Source: an uncultured virus (IMG/VR IMGVR_UViG_3300009376_000002)
Taxonomy: Duplodnaviria; Heunggongvirae; Uroviricota; Caudoviricetes
Reading direction: 5' to 3' (one strand)
Length of the DNA: 64,000 nt
Virus record (IMG/VR): IMGVR_UViG_3300009376_000002
Every line of letters begins with the position of its first letter. The stretch's first letter is position 1. Positions 10,101 to 19,353 of the stretch are shown piece after piece. The notes beneath the pieces were generated by a model. It ran no database searches, was not told the origin of the DNA, and saw nothing but the letters and a program-made list of their open reading frames with translations. The position numbers and the translations under genes are program-made.

Positions 10101-11417
10101 ATGAAAGCATTTAGTCAAAACGATATTCAGACAGCACAGTCATTTCTGACACAGCTGGTGGATGTGATCCAAGAGGATATTTCAGGCTCAACTACACGAA
10201 GAAAATATCAGGTTTTTGTTACAGGTGGAGTAGGCCCCGGAATTACTTCTTCTCTGTTTCAAACTGTATATGATCAAGATTTTACTTTGCAAACTGCAAA
10301 CCCAGTCCTAGATTTGACTGTTGGTCTTTTTCACACAGGTTCAACAGTTTATCTTGTTAAGACAGGTGAAGAATCCACCGGCCGCCTCCTCTTTCCTTCA
10401 TCTTCTGTTATGATGAGAGAAAAGGTTGACATTTACAAAGAGATGGCAAAATCCCTTTTAGGTGATGCTGATCGAGCTTTTTACGCTCCTTTTGAAAATC
10501 AAAACGCAGACAACTCAGCAGACAACGCGCGTACAGGAAACTCCACAGGAGCCTCCGCGGGAACTGCAGAGTTTCTCGGCGGTTACGGATCGAAAACGAG
10601 GATTGACGAAGCGATCTTCATGACCTTCAAGCGCCTTTTTGTTAGAGACGGAATGAAGAAAGAGACGTTTGCTTTCAAGATGTACACGACTGCTTCCTTG
10701 AATGGAACTGATTTCGTATCAGGGACTAATCTGAGCGTCACTTCTGAGCTTGGATCAACTATCTTTACGGATGCTAATTCCTCTGACACTGACTTGAACG
10801 CTCCAGTCGGAGGTAGAGTTGGTGAGATTGTCAATTCCTCCAACACAAACAGTAAGGTCGGATTGGTATTTTATGATCGAGGTATCGTGGTTCTTGATGC
10901 GCGCAAAGTCTTGTCTGGGGCGCAGCATGTCACAGGCGTAATTGCGTCAATGAACGCCAACAATCCAAACTCCGTCGGAACAGGGAAGTCTATTATCGGT
11001 GATCCCAAAGCCGGTAAGTCTGGTAACCCAGATGCAAGATTTATTCCCGACCTGTTCGTTTCTGCTTCCGTCGACGATATTGTTGATCACTTAGCTTCCT
11101 GCAGGTTTAGTAGCGGATCTCTTACGGCAGCAACTTTCCAAAATAAGACGAGTATTAATTCTACGCTTTATTTCGCAAGGGCAAACGCAGATGAATTCAA
11201 CTACTCATCAAACACAACGTTCTTAGATACTGACGGGAACATCAATGTGATCGATGCCGCTGCAAGGCAAGATGGATCGCAAAGATCTTTCGCATTTGTA
11301 ACCAAGGTAGGGCTTCACGATGCTGAAGGTAATCTATTGGCAGTGGCAAAACTTAGTCGCCCTGTTGAAAAGAACCCAGAGAAGGACATAACGTTTAGAG
11401 TCAGGCTTGACTTCTAA
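10101..11417 (+). CDS. Putative baseplate/tail structural protein
   Basis: C-terminal FNYSSN...VTKVGLHDAEGNLLAVAKLSRPVEK...FRVRLDF, paralogous to the next gene's C-terminus. Confidence 0.55.
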   Translation: MKAFSQNDIQTAQSFLTQLVDVIQEDISGSTTRRKYQVFVTGGVGPGITSSLFQTVYDQDFTLQTANPVLDLTVGLFHTGSTVYLVKTGEESTGRLLFPSSSVMMREKVDIYKEMAKSLLGDADRAFYAPFENQNADNSADNARTGNSTGASAGTAEFLGGYGSKTRIDEAIFMTFKRLFVRDGMKKETFAFKMYTTASLNGTDFVSGTNLSVTSELGSTIFTDANSSDTDLNAPVGGRVGEIVNSSNTNSKVGLVFYDRGIVVLDARKVLSGAQHVTGVIASMNANNPNSVGTGKSIIGDPKAGKSGNPDARFIPDLFVSASVDDIVDHLASCRFSSGSLTAATFQNKTSINSTLYFARANADEFNYSSNTTFLDTDGNINVIDAAARQDGSQRSFAFVTKVGLHDAEGNLLAVAKLSRPVEKNPEKDITFRVRLDF

Positions 11418-11437
11418 GGTCTGTCCCGGAGACCAAA

Positions 11438-13927
11438 ATGTCAGTCCTGAAAGTTGGACCTGAAAATTTTGAGCTGATAACTATCCAGGCTGCTCCCAAG
11501 AATGTCTTTAAATCTGGGACCCTTGGGATAACAGGATCTGCTCCCCTTTTCGCAAGAAAATCAGATATGCTCAAAGAGGTTGTGCCTTTAGCGCCTCTTT
11601 CGCGAAGCTTCTATACAGAAAATACATTTCAGGAAGCGTTCAATGACTATCGTGATAGATCATCTCAAGCCGTTAGAGATGCGACGCCAGCCCTCACTGG
11701 AAATTTTGAAGGAGCAGCATCGGCCCTATTAGAAAAAGTAAACTCACTTAGTAAGTCTCCGTCGCAGGATATTGAATCTAAGATCATAAGGTTCGAACCT
11801 TCATTTACATTCACAGCAGATACGGGTAGAAAATTAGCTATCACCAACGGATTGATGCCAACCTACCTCCCAAGATACCCCACCTCGCAGTTTGCTTATC
11901 ACAATTATCATACTCTGAATTTTTTCACGTCGTCTCAGGTGCCAAGCTCTGCTGTGCTCCTGTACCCTAATTCAGCATCTCAAGCAGATCCCAATCAAAT
12001 CTCAGGATCTTATGTGGTGTCTGATGCGTTTACGTTTGAATTCTACATAAAGCCAAGATGTTACTTAGAACAACCAGGATCAGTTAGGGCAGGAACAATC
12101 CTTCACTTGAGCTCTACATACGCTGTTTCTTTGATCCCTGGCTCCTCAAGAGACGGCAAAAGCACACCTGATGCCTTTAGATTACAGCTCCAGCTAAGCC
12201 ACAGTGCAGATACTGAGCCTCGAAGCGCCACACCAGGCGCCTACCCGAACGACCTAGTATTCCTCTCAGATGACAATGTTTTAAAGCGGGATCACTGGCA
12301 CCACGTTGCAATTAGATGGGGAGCCAGCAATGACGGAAAGCAAGGAAATTTTTATGTTGACAACGAGTCCGCCGGCAATTTTACCGTATCATTAGCTTCT
12401 ATAGCACCCGCACCCATGGTTCACAATCCAGGCGTATTGGCGGTCGGAAATTACTTTGTAGGGTCAAATTCAGGAAACAATAGGCAGACCAGGTTTTTCA
12501 CTGCCAGAAATGCTGGCCGCGAAGGCCTTGCAATAATGGACCCTGGATCAAATGCTGAAAATCCCGTATCTTACAACTTTAATCATCCTCTTACAGCTGA
12601 GCTTCACGAAGTAAGAATATTCGACACATTCAGGTCTGACCAGGACATTGTTGACGGAAGCAAGAGAGGGATCGATCGTACTGCCCCTGGCCTGAAGTTC
12701 TATCTTCCGCCCATGTTTACAGCGCACTCCCCCAGAAGAAAACAACTCGGAGGATTTGGAGGAGTTCTCCAGACACCTTTCTTCGGCTCCCCGGGAAGTA
12801 CTACAGATCCGTTTAATATCGCTTTGTCGTATGGTGTAGGTGGACATTATCTTAATTTAGAGAATTTTACGCAAGATTTTGCAACCCGCAACTTCCCCCG
12901 GGCGATGAACTTAACAGGTGCCCAAATTACTGCAACGACACAAGCAAAGAGCTGCAATACCTTCCTTTATTCCACGGCATCTGTCAGATACAGAAATCTT
13001 TTTATGCCTCCGTGTGACAACGGTAATTTTATGCCCAATTTTGATCTGATTCGCCAGATTGAGACAGGTTCATTACCTACCGTTAAGGTGAAAACAGGCT
13101 CTAATTATTACAAGTATCGAAATGATCTTGGGGATGTAGATCTTAGCTTGATAAACCTCAGAGATCAGCTACCGTCAAGCTCTTTTGTAAATTACATAGT
13201 CGATTACTCTCCTTTCAATAAGGATGGAGATGAAGAAGTTAATAGAGATCAAAACGGCGCGATTATAAGCGATCACATCGTTCACGTGGGTTCCGGATTT
13301 GAGAACCAAATTATGGGTCCAGGACCAGGTGACATGGGAATTGACCCAGGAGAGGTCCTCACAATCTTCCAGAGAACCCGAGATGACAGCTCTAATGAAA
13401 TTGTGATGTTCGATATTAGCAATCTGTTCTATGGGTCTAGAATTAAACCTGGAACCTTTAAGATAGTTGACACAAATCAAACCGGGTCATTTGGTGCCCA
13501 GGCTATGACTCTGAGAGATGACGGTCATGGCAATCTTTATCGTGCAGACGCCAAGACAAAACACGCAACTTGGAACTCTGTAGGGAATGTCTTTTACAAC
13601 GAAGGAATTGCAATCATTAAATCACCTAACATCCCTCTGTTTGGCAAGACTGATGTTGAGGTTGAATTTAGAGGAGAGAATGAGGTTCATGTTTCTAAGC
13701 TAGACATAGTTGCGCCTGCAGGCATGATCAACTCTTCTTCGAATCCAAATTATATAGTTGCATCTTCCTCTCTCGATGCCAATGACCAAAACTCTCAGTT
13801 TGTTGCAATTACAGGCATTAATTTTCACGATGACAATCTAAACGTTATAATGAAAACGAAGTTTGCGCAACCCGTAATCAAGCGAAGTAGCGACAAGATT
13901 CTTTTTAGAACCAAACTAGATTTCTAA
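11438..13927 (+). CDS. Putative structural protein with LamG/concanavalin-like domain
   Basis: FTFEFYIKP...WHHVAIRW...FYVD...ELHEVRIFD is a LamG-type pattern; C-terminus ...FRTKLDF is shared with the upstream gene. Confidence 0.6.
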   Translation: MSVLKVGPENFELITIQAAPKNVFKSGTLGITGSAPLFARKSDMLKEVVPLAPLSRSFYTENTFQEAFNDYRDRSSQAVRDATPALTGNFEGAASALLEKVNSLSKSPSQDIESKIIRFEPSFTFTADTGRKLAITNGLMPTYLPRYPTSQFAYHNYHTLNFFTSSQVPSSAVLLYPNSASQADPNQISGSYVVSDAFTFEFYIKPRCYLEQPGSVRAGTILHLSSTYAVSLIPGSSRDGKSTPDAFRLQLQLSHSADTEPRSATPGAYPNDLVFLSDDNVLKRDHWHHVAIRWGASNDGKQGNFYVDNESAGNFTVSLASIAPAPMVHNPGVLAVGNYFVGSNSGNNRQTRFFTARNAGREGLAIMDPGSNAENPVSYNFNHPLTAELHEVRIFDTFRSDQDIVDGSKRGIDRTAPGLKFYLPPMFTAHSPRRKQLGGFGGVLQTPFFGSPGSTTDPFNIALSYGVGGHYLNLENFTQDFATRNFPRAMNLTGAQITATTQAKSCNTFLYSTASVRYRNLFMPPCDNGNFMPNFDLIRQIETGSLPTVKVKTGSNYYKYRNDLGDVDLSLINLRDQLPSSSFVNYIVDYSPFNKDGDEEVNRDQNGAIISDHIVHVGSGFENQIMGPGPGDMGIDPGEVLTIFQRTRDDSSNEIVMFDISNLFYGSRIKPGTFKIVDTNQTGSFGAQAMTLRDDGHGNLYRADAKTKHATWNSVGNVFYNEGIAIIKSPNIPLFGKTDVEVEFRGENEVHVSKLDIVAPAGMINSSSNPNYIVASSSLDANDQNSQFVAITGINFHDDNLNVIMKTKFAQPVIKRSSDKILFRTKLDF

Positions 13928-14481
13928 TGTCATTTACAATCGGGCTTGATATTTCCACCTCGTGCACGGGCATATGCGTCCTCAATAAAGATGGCCATCT
14001 CAAGATTCTTACACACTTAAAGTATCCTCCTAAGATGTCCCTGTGGGCTAAAGCAGATCTCACTAGAGAAACTTTAATGACGCTTAGAGAGCAATACAAT
14101 CTCGTGATATCCGACTTCTTTGTAGAGGAAAGTTTGCAAAAGTTTCGACCAGGACTTTCGTCAGCAAAGACTCTAACAACCCTTTCTAAGTTCAATGGGA
14201 TTGTGTGCTATCTGGGAAGAGAAGTTCTTGGATTAGACCCAGTGTCAATTAATGTTAATGCAGCAAGAAAGGCCGTCGGGCTAAAAATTCCAAGAGGATC
14301 TAATGCTAAAGATATCGTTCATAGCTGGGTATCCGAAGAGACTAGTTACGATTGGCCTACTAAGATTTTAAAGAGTGGACCTCGCAAGGGGAAGGAAGTA
14401 ATGATCAATGAGTGCTATGATATGGCTGATGCATATCTTATCGCTCGAGCAGGCCAGAATCTTGTAAATCAGGATACTTGA
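13927..14481 (+). CDS. RuvC-like Holliday junction resolvase
   Basis: IGLDISTSCTG N-terminal motif, VEE, and C-terminal DMADAY give the RNase H-fold acidic residues. Confidence 0.8.
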   Translation: MSFTIGLDISTSCTGICVLNKDGHLKILTHLKYPPKMSLWAKADLTRETLMTLREQYNLVISDFFVEESLQKFRPGLSSAKTLTTLSKFNGIVCYLGREVLGLDPVSINVNAARKAVGLKIPRGSNAKDIVHSWVSEETSYDWPTKILKSGPRKGKEVMINECYDMADAYLIARAGQNLVNQDT

Positions 14482-14491
14482 ATCTTATAAT
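14462..14491 (+). promoter_or_regulatory. sigma70-like promoter for primase
   Basis: TTGTAA (14462-14467), 18 nt, TATAAT (14486-14491); ATG at 14498. Confidence 0.6.
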
Positions 14492-14497
14492 TATTTG

Positions 14498-15466
14498 ATG
14501 AGCTTATCGACGACTGAAGAAAAGGTCTCCTTCGTAAGGAGCGTTTTCGGTAAAACCCGGCTGATGAATGACGGCATTAATGCACACGTCAGATGCCCTG
14601 AGTGCGGCAAGGGTGACAAGAAGAAATTTGTAATTAGGTTAGATAACGATTTATGCCACTGCTTTGTTTGTGGCCTTAAAGGGCGAACCCTAGCGCCCAT
14701 CCTCAAGAAGTACTTTCCAAAATATCACAGAGAGTATTGCGAGAAGTTTCTGGGAACTGATCTTGCATCTTCGCCGGATGATGTCGAGAAAGACTTAGAA
14801 GTCAGACTACCTGATGATTTCACTCTGCTTGTAGATCCTGCCATAAATCTAGGTGATCCCGATATCCGTGATGTTCTTGCTTATCTTAAGCGAAGAGGAA
14901 TGAAAAACCGGGACATGTGGTACTTTAAGTTCGGAGTCTCTGTTCACAGCGGATTCAGGAGACGCGCCATCTTTCCATCGTATGACGCGGAAGGAAAACT
15001 TAATTTCTATACAGGTCGAGACATTGACGGTGAAAGGTTTCCCAAGTACTTAAATGCGTCAGTTGACAAAAAGGAGATGGTCTTCAATGAACTGTTTATT
15101 GACTGGTCATCTGAGTTAACGATAGTGGAAGGGCCATTCGATTTAGTTAAATGCAATGATAATGCAACATGTCTTCTTGGGTCTTTTCTGGCCCGAGACT
15201 CGCTGTTATTCCAAAAGATTATTGAGCATAAGACGCCAGTACTCCTTGCCTTGGATCCTGATGCTAAGACAAAAACTATAAAAATAGCACGATCCTTGTT
15301 AGAATATGATGTGCCTGTTCGTATGCTCGATCACGGAGAGCATGACGATGTCGGTGACATGACGAAGCAAGAGTTCTCAAGGAGGAGGCAACATGCTAAA
15401 TCGTGGAACAACACACAAGGCCTGTTAGCAAAAATCCAAAATATGACACTAGGAAGCGTCCTTTAA
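14498..15466 (+). CDS. DNA primase (Zn-finger + TOPRIM)
   Basis: CPEC...HCFVC zinc-binding domain; IVEGPFD and LALDPD TOPRIM motifs; DVGDM. Confidence 0.88.
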   Translation: MSLSTTEEKVSFVRSVFGKTRLMNDGINAHVRCPECGKGDKKKFVIRLDNDLCHCFVCGLKGRTLAPILKKYFPKYHREYCEKFLGTDLASSPDDVEKDLEVRLPDDFTLLVDPAINLGDPDIRDVLAYLKRRGMKNRDMWYFKFGVSVHSGFRRRAIFPSYDAEGKLNFYTGRDIDGERFPKYLNASVDKKEMVFNELFIDWSSELTIVEGPFDLVKCNDNATCLLGSFLARDSLLFQKIIEHKTPVLLALDPDAKTKTIKIARSLLEYDVPVRMLDHGEHDDVGDMTKQEFSRRRQHAKSWNNTQGLLAKIQNMTLGSVL

Positions 15467-15469
15467 TAT

Positions 15470-18400
15470 ATGACAATAAAAGTAGCACACATAGCTGATG
15501 TTCACTTTCGCAGCTTATCAAGGCACCAGGAGTACCGTCAGGTTTTCCAGGATTTTGTGCAGCAGTGTAGAGAGCTAAAACCTGATGTTATCTACGTCGG
15601 CGGTGACATCTATCACACAAAGACACAGGGGATCTCTCCTGAGCTGATCGATGAGCTTACACACTGGATGAGAACGCTGGCAGACACAGCACCTCTTCAC
15701 ATGATCCTCGGCAACCATGATGGAAATCTTGTAAATGCCGGCCGACAGGACGCTATTACGCCCATCTTTGATGCGCTTGATCACCCCAACGCTTTCCTCT
15801 ACAAGAAATCAGGCATCTATCCAACTGGAGTCCCAGGCTATAACTGGGCAGTCTTCTCATGCTTTGACGAAGAGGGGTGGAAAGACGTCAAGCCTGTTGA
15901 GGGCGAGATCAATATCGCTACTTTCCACGGCTGTGTGGTAGGATCAAAGACAGACCAGAACTGGGAGCTTGAGGGCGATGTACCCCTTAATTTCTTTGAC
16001 CCTTACGACTTTACGATGCTGGGAGATATTCACAAGTTCCAGATCCTAAACGAGGAAAAGACCGTTGCTTACCCAGGCTCTACAGTCCAGCAAAATTACG
16101 GAGAAGACCCAGATAAAGGATTTCTCTTTTGGGATATCAGGTCACCAGATGATTTCGATCTTACGTTCCATCGCCTAACTAATCCACACCCCTTTGTCAC
16201 AGTGGATTGGCAGGGTAATGTGCGTGACACGCTGCATGAGGCCAAGAAGTATAAGAAGGGTTCACGCTTCAGATTGCGAACCACTGAGAATATTCCCCAG
16301 CTTGAGATCAAACAGATTCACAACGAGTTGAAGGTGGCCAGGAATGCCAAAGAAGTCGTTTGGAAGTTTGATCAAGGGGTCGATGCAAATGACATTGTAG
16401 ACAGTGAATCTCTTATCAAAAAGGAAGACCTTCGCGATCCTAAAGTACAGATGAAGATCTTAGGTGAATACGCGACCATCACTAAGTTTGATGACGAGGA
16501 ATGGGAAGAGATTGGGAAGCTTGTCGATCGATACATTGCACTTGCCACGCAGGATGAGGATGTGGCGCGCAACGTGAAGTGGTCTATCAAGGAAATTGAG
16601 TTTGACAATGTCTTTTCATATGGCAAAGGTAACAAGATTAACTTTGAGAACTTAAACGGTATCACTGGTATTCTTGGCAAGAACCGAAGCGGTAAATCCT
16701 CTATCGTAGGTACGCTGGTTTACACCCTTTTCAACTCCACTGATCGAGGTTCCATCAAGAACCTTCACGTGATCAACAGCCGAAAAGGTCACTGTAGTGC
16801 AAAGATGCGTTTCTCAGCCAACAACAAGCGCTACGTTGTGGAGCGCCAAAGCGTACGCAAAGAAGACAAGAAAGGCCACGTCTCAGCTATTACATCCCTG
16901 AACTTCTACCGCGAGGATCCAATGGGTAACGTGATCGAGGATCTCAATGGTGAGCAGAGAACCCAGACTGAGAAGGTTATACGTAAGATGCTAGGAAACT
17001 CTGAGGATTTCTTGATCACATCCTTAGCGACTCAAGGAAGCATGAACCACTTTATCTCTCACGGTTCATCTCATCGGAAGACTATACTTTCCAAGTTTCT
17101 CGATCTTGATATCTTTGAGCGCATGGCTGAGTTTGTCAAGCATGACTCCGCATCGATCCGAGGCAAGATGAGCAACTATCCTGAGCGTGACTGGAATGCT
17201 TCAATTGTTGCCCTTAGGAATAAGCGCCGCAAGTACGATGCACAGATCGAGGAAATAGAGCATGAACTGGCATCCTTTCGAGAAGACCAGCAAAAGCTTC
17301 AGATACAGCTAAGTAACTTTACCGAGGCTGATCTCGTCGACGAGCGTGAGGTTGATGAACAGAAGGAAGAGCTTCGAAAGGCAAAAGAAAAGTTCGATGA
17401 TCTTACAGAGAAATGTGACCAATGCGTCGACGAGATTGAAAAGCTGAGCGAACAGGTTGAGGCCATCGAGGCAGTCAAGGAGCAGTTTCCTATTTCCGAG
17501 ATTCGTGAGCAGTACGAGAACCTCCAGGATCTGGAGCGCTCCCTCACTAATCTGGAGCACCAACGCGAGGTGGCGCGCCAACTCTACAAGAGCCAAGAAC
17601 GTTCAGTGAAAATTTTAGATGAGGTCCCTTGCGGCGACCAGTTCCCCACTTGCAAATTCATTAAAGACTCACATAAGAACAGCAGGCTTATCGCCAAGCA
17701 GAAAGAGATTATCGACGAGCAGTCATCTGAACTACGAGCGATTCGACGAGCAGTAAAGAAGTTGCAGGAGCAGAATCTTAAGGAGAAGATCGACAAGTAT
17801 GACACGCTTCTTACGAGGCTGTCTGATACGGAAGTAAAGGTATCCCGTAAGCAGTCTGAGTACGATCTTTTCTCACGTGACTTGGACGTGGCTGAGGATC
17901 ATATGCTTCGATGCAAAAAAGTCCTGGTGGAGATGAAGCTTCGTGTTAATACATCAAACCTAACTGAGGCAGCTCGTAGAGTTAAGGATATGCTGGGCGA
18001 CATTAACAGCCAGATTAAAAAGAAGGACGCGCAGCGCATTTCCGCAGCAGAAATGAAAGGAAATACCGATAGCCAGATTAAAAAGCTACAGACTGAACGT
18101 GATGACTTTGCTGAACTGAGAAAAACCTGGAAGATGTATGACTTTCTCATGAAGTCCTGGTCCAAGAAGGGTATTCCCACTCAGATTATTCGAACGCAGC
18201 TTCCTGTTATCAATACAGAGATCGAGAAGATCTTAAGTAGCGTCACAGACTTTACTGTTAAGCTTGAAGCTGATAACGACTCTAACGCTCTTGATATTTT
18301 CCTAGACTATGGTGACAGCAAGCGTATTATTGAGCTGGCTTCTGGTATGGAAAAGATGATATCTTCTCTAGCAATGCGGGTGGCCTTGCTAAATGTTTCA

Positions 18401-18613
18401 TCTCTTCCGAAGACAGATATGCTCATCATCGACGAAGGTTTTGGCACCCTTGATGAGACAAATGTTGAGGCATGTAACAGGCTTTTAACTTCCCTTAAGA
18501 AGTGGTTTAAGAATATTCTTGTGATCACTCACGTTGATTCTGTGAAAGATGTCGTCGATCAAGCGATTGAGATCGGAAACAAAGGTATAGATTCCTATGT
18601 CCACCTTGAATAG
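15470..18613 (+). CDS. Fused SbcD(Mre11/gp47)-SbcC(Rad50/gp46) recombination nuclease-ATPase
   Basis: Phosphoesterase motifs IADVH, GGDIYH, LGNHD, LGDIH; then Walker A GKNRSGKS, long coiled coil, signature ASGME, Walker B IIDEGFGTLD, H-loop VITH. Confidence 0.9.
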   Translation: MTIKVAHIADVHFRSLSRHQEYRQVFQDFVQQCRELKPDVIYVGGDIYHTKTQGISPELIDELTHWMRTLADTAPLHMILGNHDGNLVNAGRQDAITPIFDALDHPNAFLYKKSGIYPTGVPGYNWAVFSCFDEEGWKDVKPVEGEINIATFHGCVVGSKTDQNWELEGDVPLNFFDPYDFTMLGDIHKFQILNEEKTVAYPGSTVQQNYGEDPDKGFLFWDIRSPDDFDLTFHRLTNPHPFVTVDWQGNVRDTLHEAKKYKKGSRFRLRTTENIPQLEIKQIHNELKVARNAKEVVWKFDQGVDANDIVDSESLIKKEDLRDPKVQMKILGEYATITKFDDEEWEEIGKLVDRYIALATQDEDVARNVKWSIKEIEFDNVFSYGKGNKINFENLNGITGILGKNRSGKSSIVGTLVYTLFNSTDRGSIKNLHVINSRKGHCSAKMRFSANNKRYVVERQSVRKEDKKGHVSAITSLNFYREDPMGNVIEDLNGEQRTQTEKVIRKMLGNSEDFLITSLATQGSMNHFISHGSSHRKTILSKFLDLDIFERMAEFVKHDSASIRGKMSNYPERDWNASIVALRNKRRKYDAQIEEIEHELASFREDQQKLQIQLSNFTEADLVDEREVDEQKEELRKAKEKFDDLTEKCDQCVDEIEKLSEQVEAIEAVKEQFPISEIREQYENLQDLERSLTNLEHQREVARQLYKSQERSVKILDEVPCGDQFPTCKFIKDSHKNSRLIAKQKEIIDEQSSELRAIRRAVKKLQEQNLKEKIDKYDTLLTRLSDTEVKVSRKQSEYDLFSRDLDVAEDHMLRCKKVLVEMKLRVNTSNLTEAARRVKDMLGDINSQIKKKDAQRISAAEMKGNTDSQIKKLQTERDDFAELRKTWKMYDFLMKSWSKKGIPTQIIRTQLPVINTEIEKILSSVTDFTVKLEADNDSNALDIFLDYGDSKRIIELASGMEKMISSLAMRVALLNVSSLPKTDMLIIDEGFGTLDETNVEACNRLLTSLKKWFKNILVITHVDSVKDVVDQAIEIGNKGIDSYVHLE

Positions 18614-18884
18614 AGAAATAACATATCATGAAGACGGCTTTGTAATAAGTAAAGAGCCTGACAATTCAACCCAACCCCTAGACTGTCCCGTATGCGGATA
18701 TTTCATGCTAACCGACACAGATTCTCATGCCTGGAACGAATACAGCTGCTGTCACGAATGCACTATCACATGGGCAGAAGGCCCAAATAAGAAAAAATGG
18801 AAATCAGGCTGGCGACCCGACCCAGAAGTGATCAGCGCAGAAGTGAAAAGACGCAGCAAGATCGTTCCTCGGTTAAAATTGTGA
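18597..18884 (+). CDS. Small zinc-finger-like hypothetical protein
   Basis: CPVC...CCHEC; overlaps the SbcCD stop as in coupled genes. Confidence 0.65.
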   Translation: MSTLNREITYHEDGFVISKEPDNSTQPLDCPVCGYFMLTDTDSHAWNEYSCCHECTITWAEGPNKKKWKSGWRPDPEVISAEVKRRSKIVPRLKL

Positions 18885-18927
18885 TTATGCGTGATAGTTA
18901 ATAACGTTCCATTGTGAGGTAATTAGT

Positions 18928-19353
18928 ATGCTTTCATCCGAAGACGTAAATGCGATTGGTCAACTAACCAATACAACCTTTGGTTACTCATCCACAGGTG
19001 AGACCACCTATCAAGTCCCGGCAGGTCGTTCAATCACTTGTAAACTAAGTGGTGAATCCGGCGAAGACCAACTTATAGTTAAGTTCGTCACTGTCATCAC
19101 TTTGCACGAATCTGAAAGAAACCTTTTAGATCCCAAGAATCCGGCAGCGCAGCAAGCAGAGCTCGAATCTATCAAGATGATAAAAGACTACACTGACAAT
19201 CTTAAGAAGTCTTATAAGGATTCGATGGATAAAAGCTTAAAGCTAAAAGAAGTTAGTAGCACAGACAGTATTGAGCTGGTAAACTACAATATTTTTAGCC
19301 CGGTGAGACAAGTATATTACAGACGAAACACGGTCTATAACGTGAGCATCTAA
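18928..19353 (+). CDS. Hypothetical protein upstream of terminase
   Basis: GAGG RBS, ATAGTTA motif at 18894, stop overlaps the TerL start (TAATG). Confidence 0.65.
   Translation: MLSSEDVNAIGQLTNTTFGYSSTGETTYQVPAGRSITCKLSGESGEDQLIVKFVTVITLHESERNLLDPKNPAAQQAELESIKMIKDYTDNLKKSYKDSMDKSLKLKEVSSTDSIELVNYNIFSPVRQVYYRRNTVYNVSI

Noticed and set aside
18928..19353. Small terminase subunit
   Set aside because: Position fits, but no sequence motif supports it; left as hypothetical.
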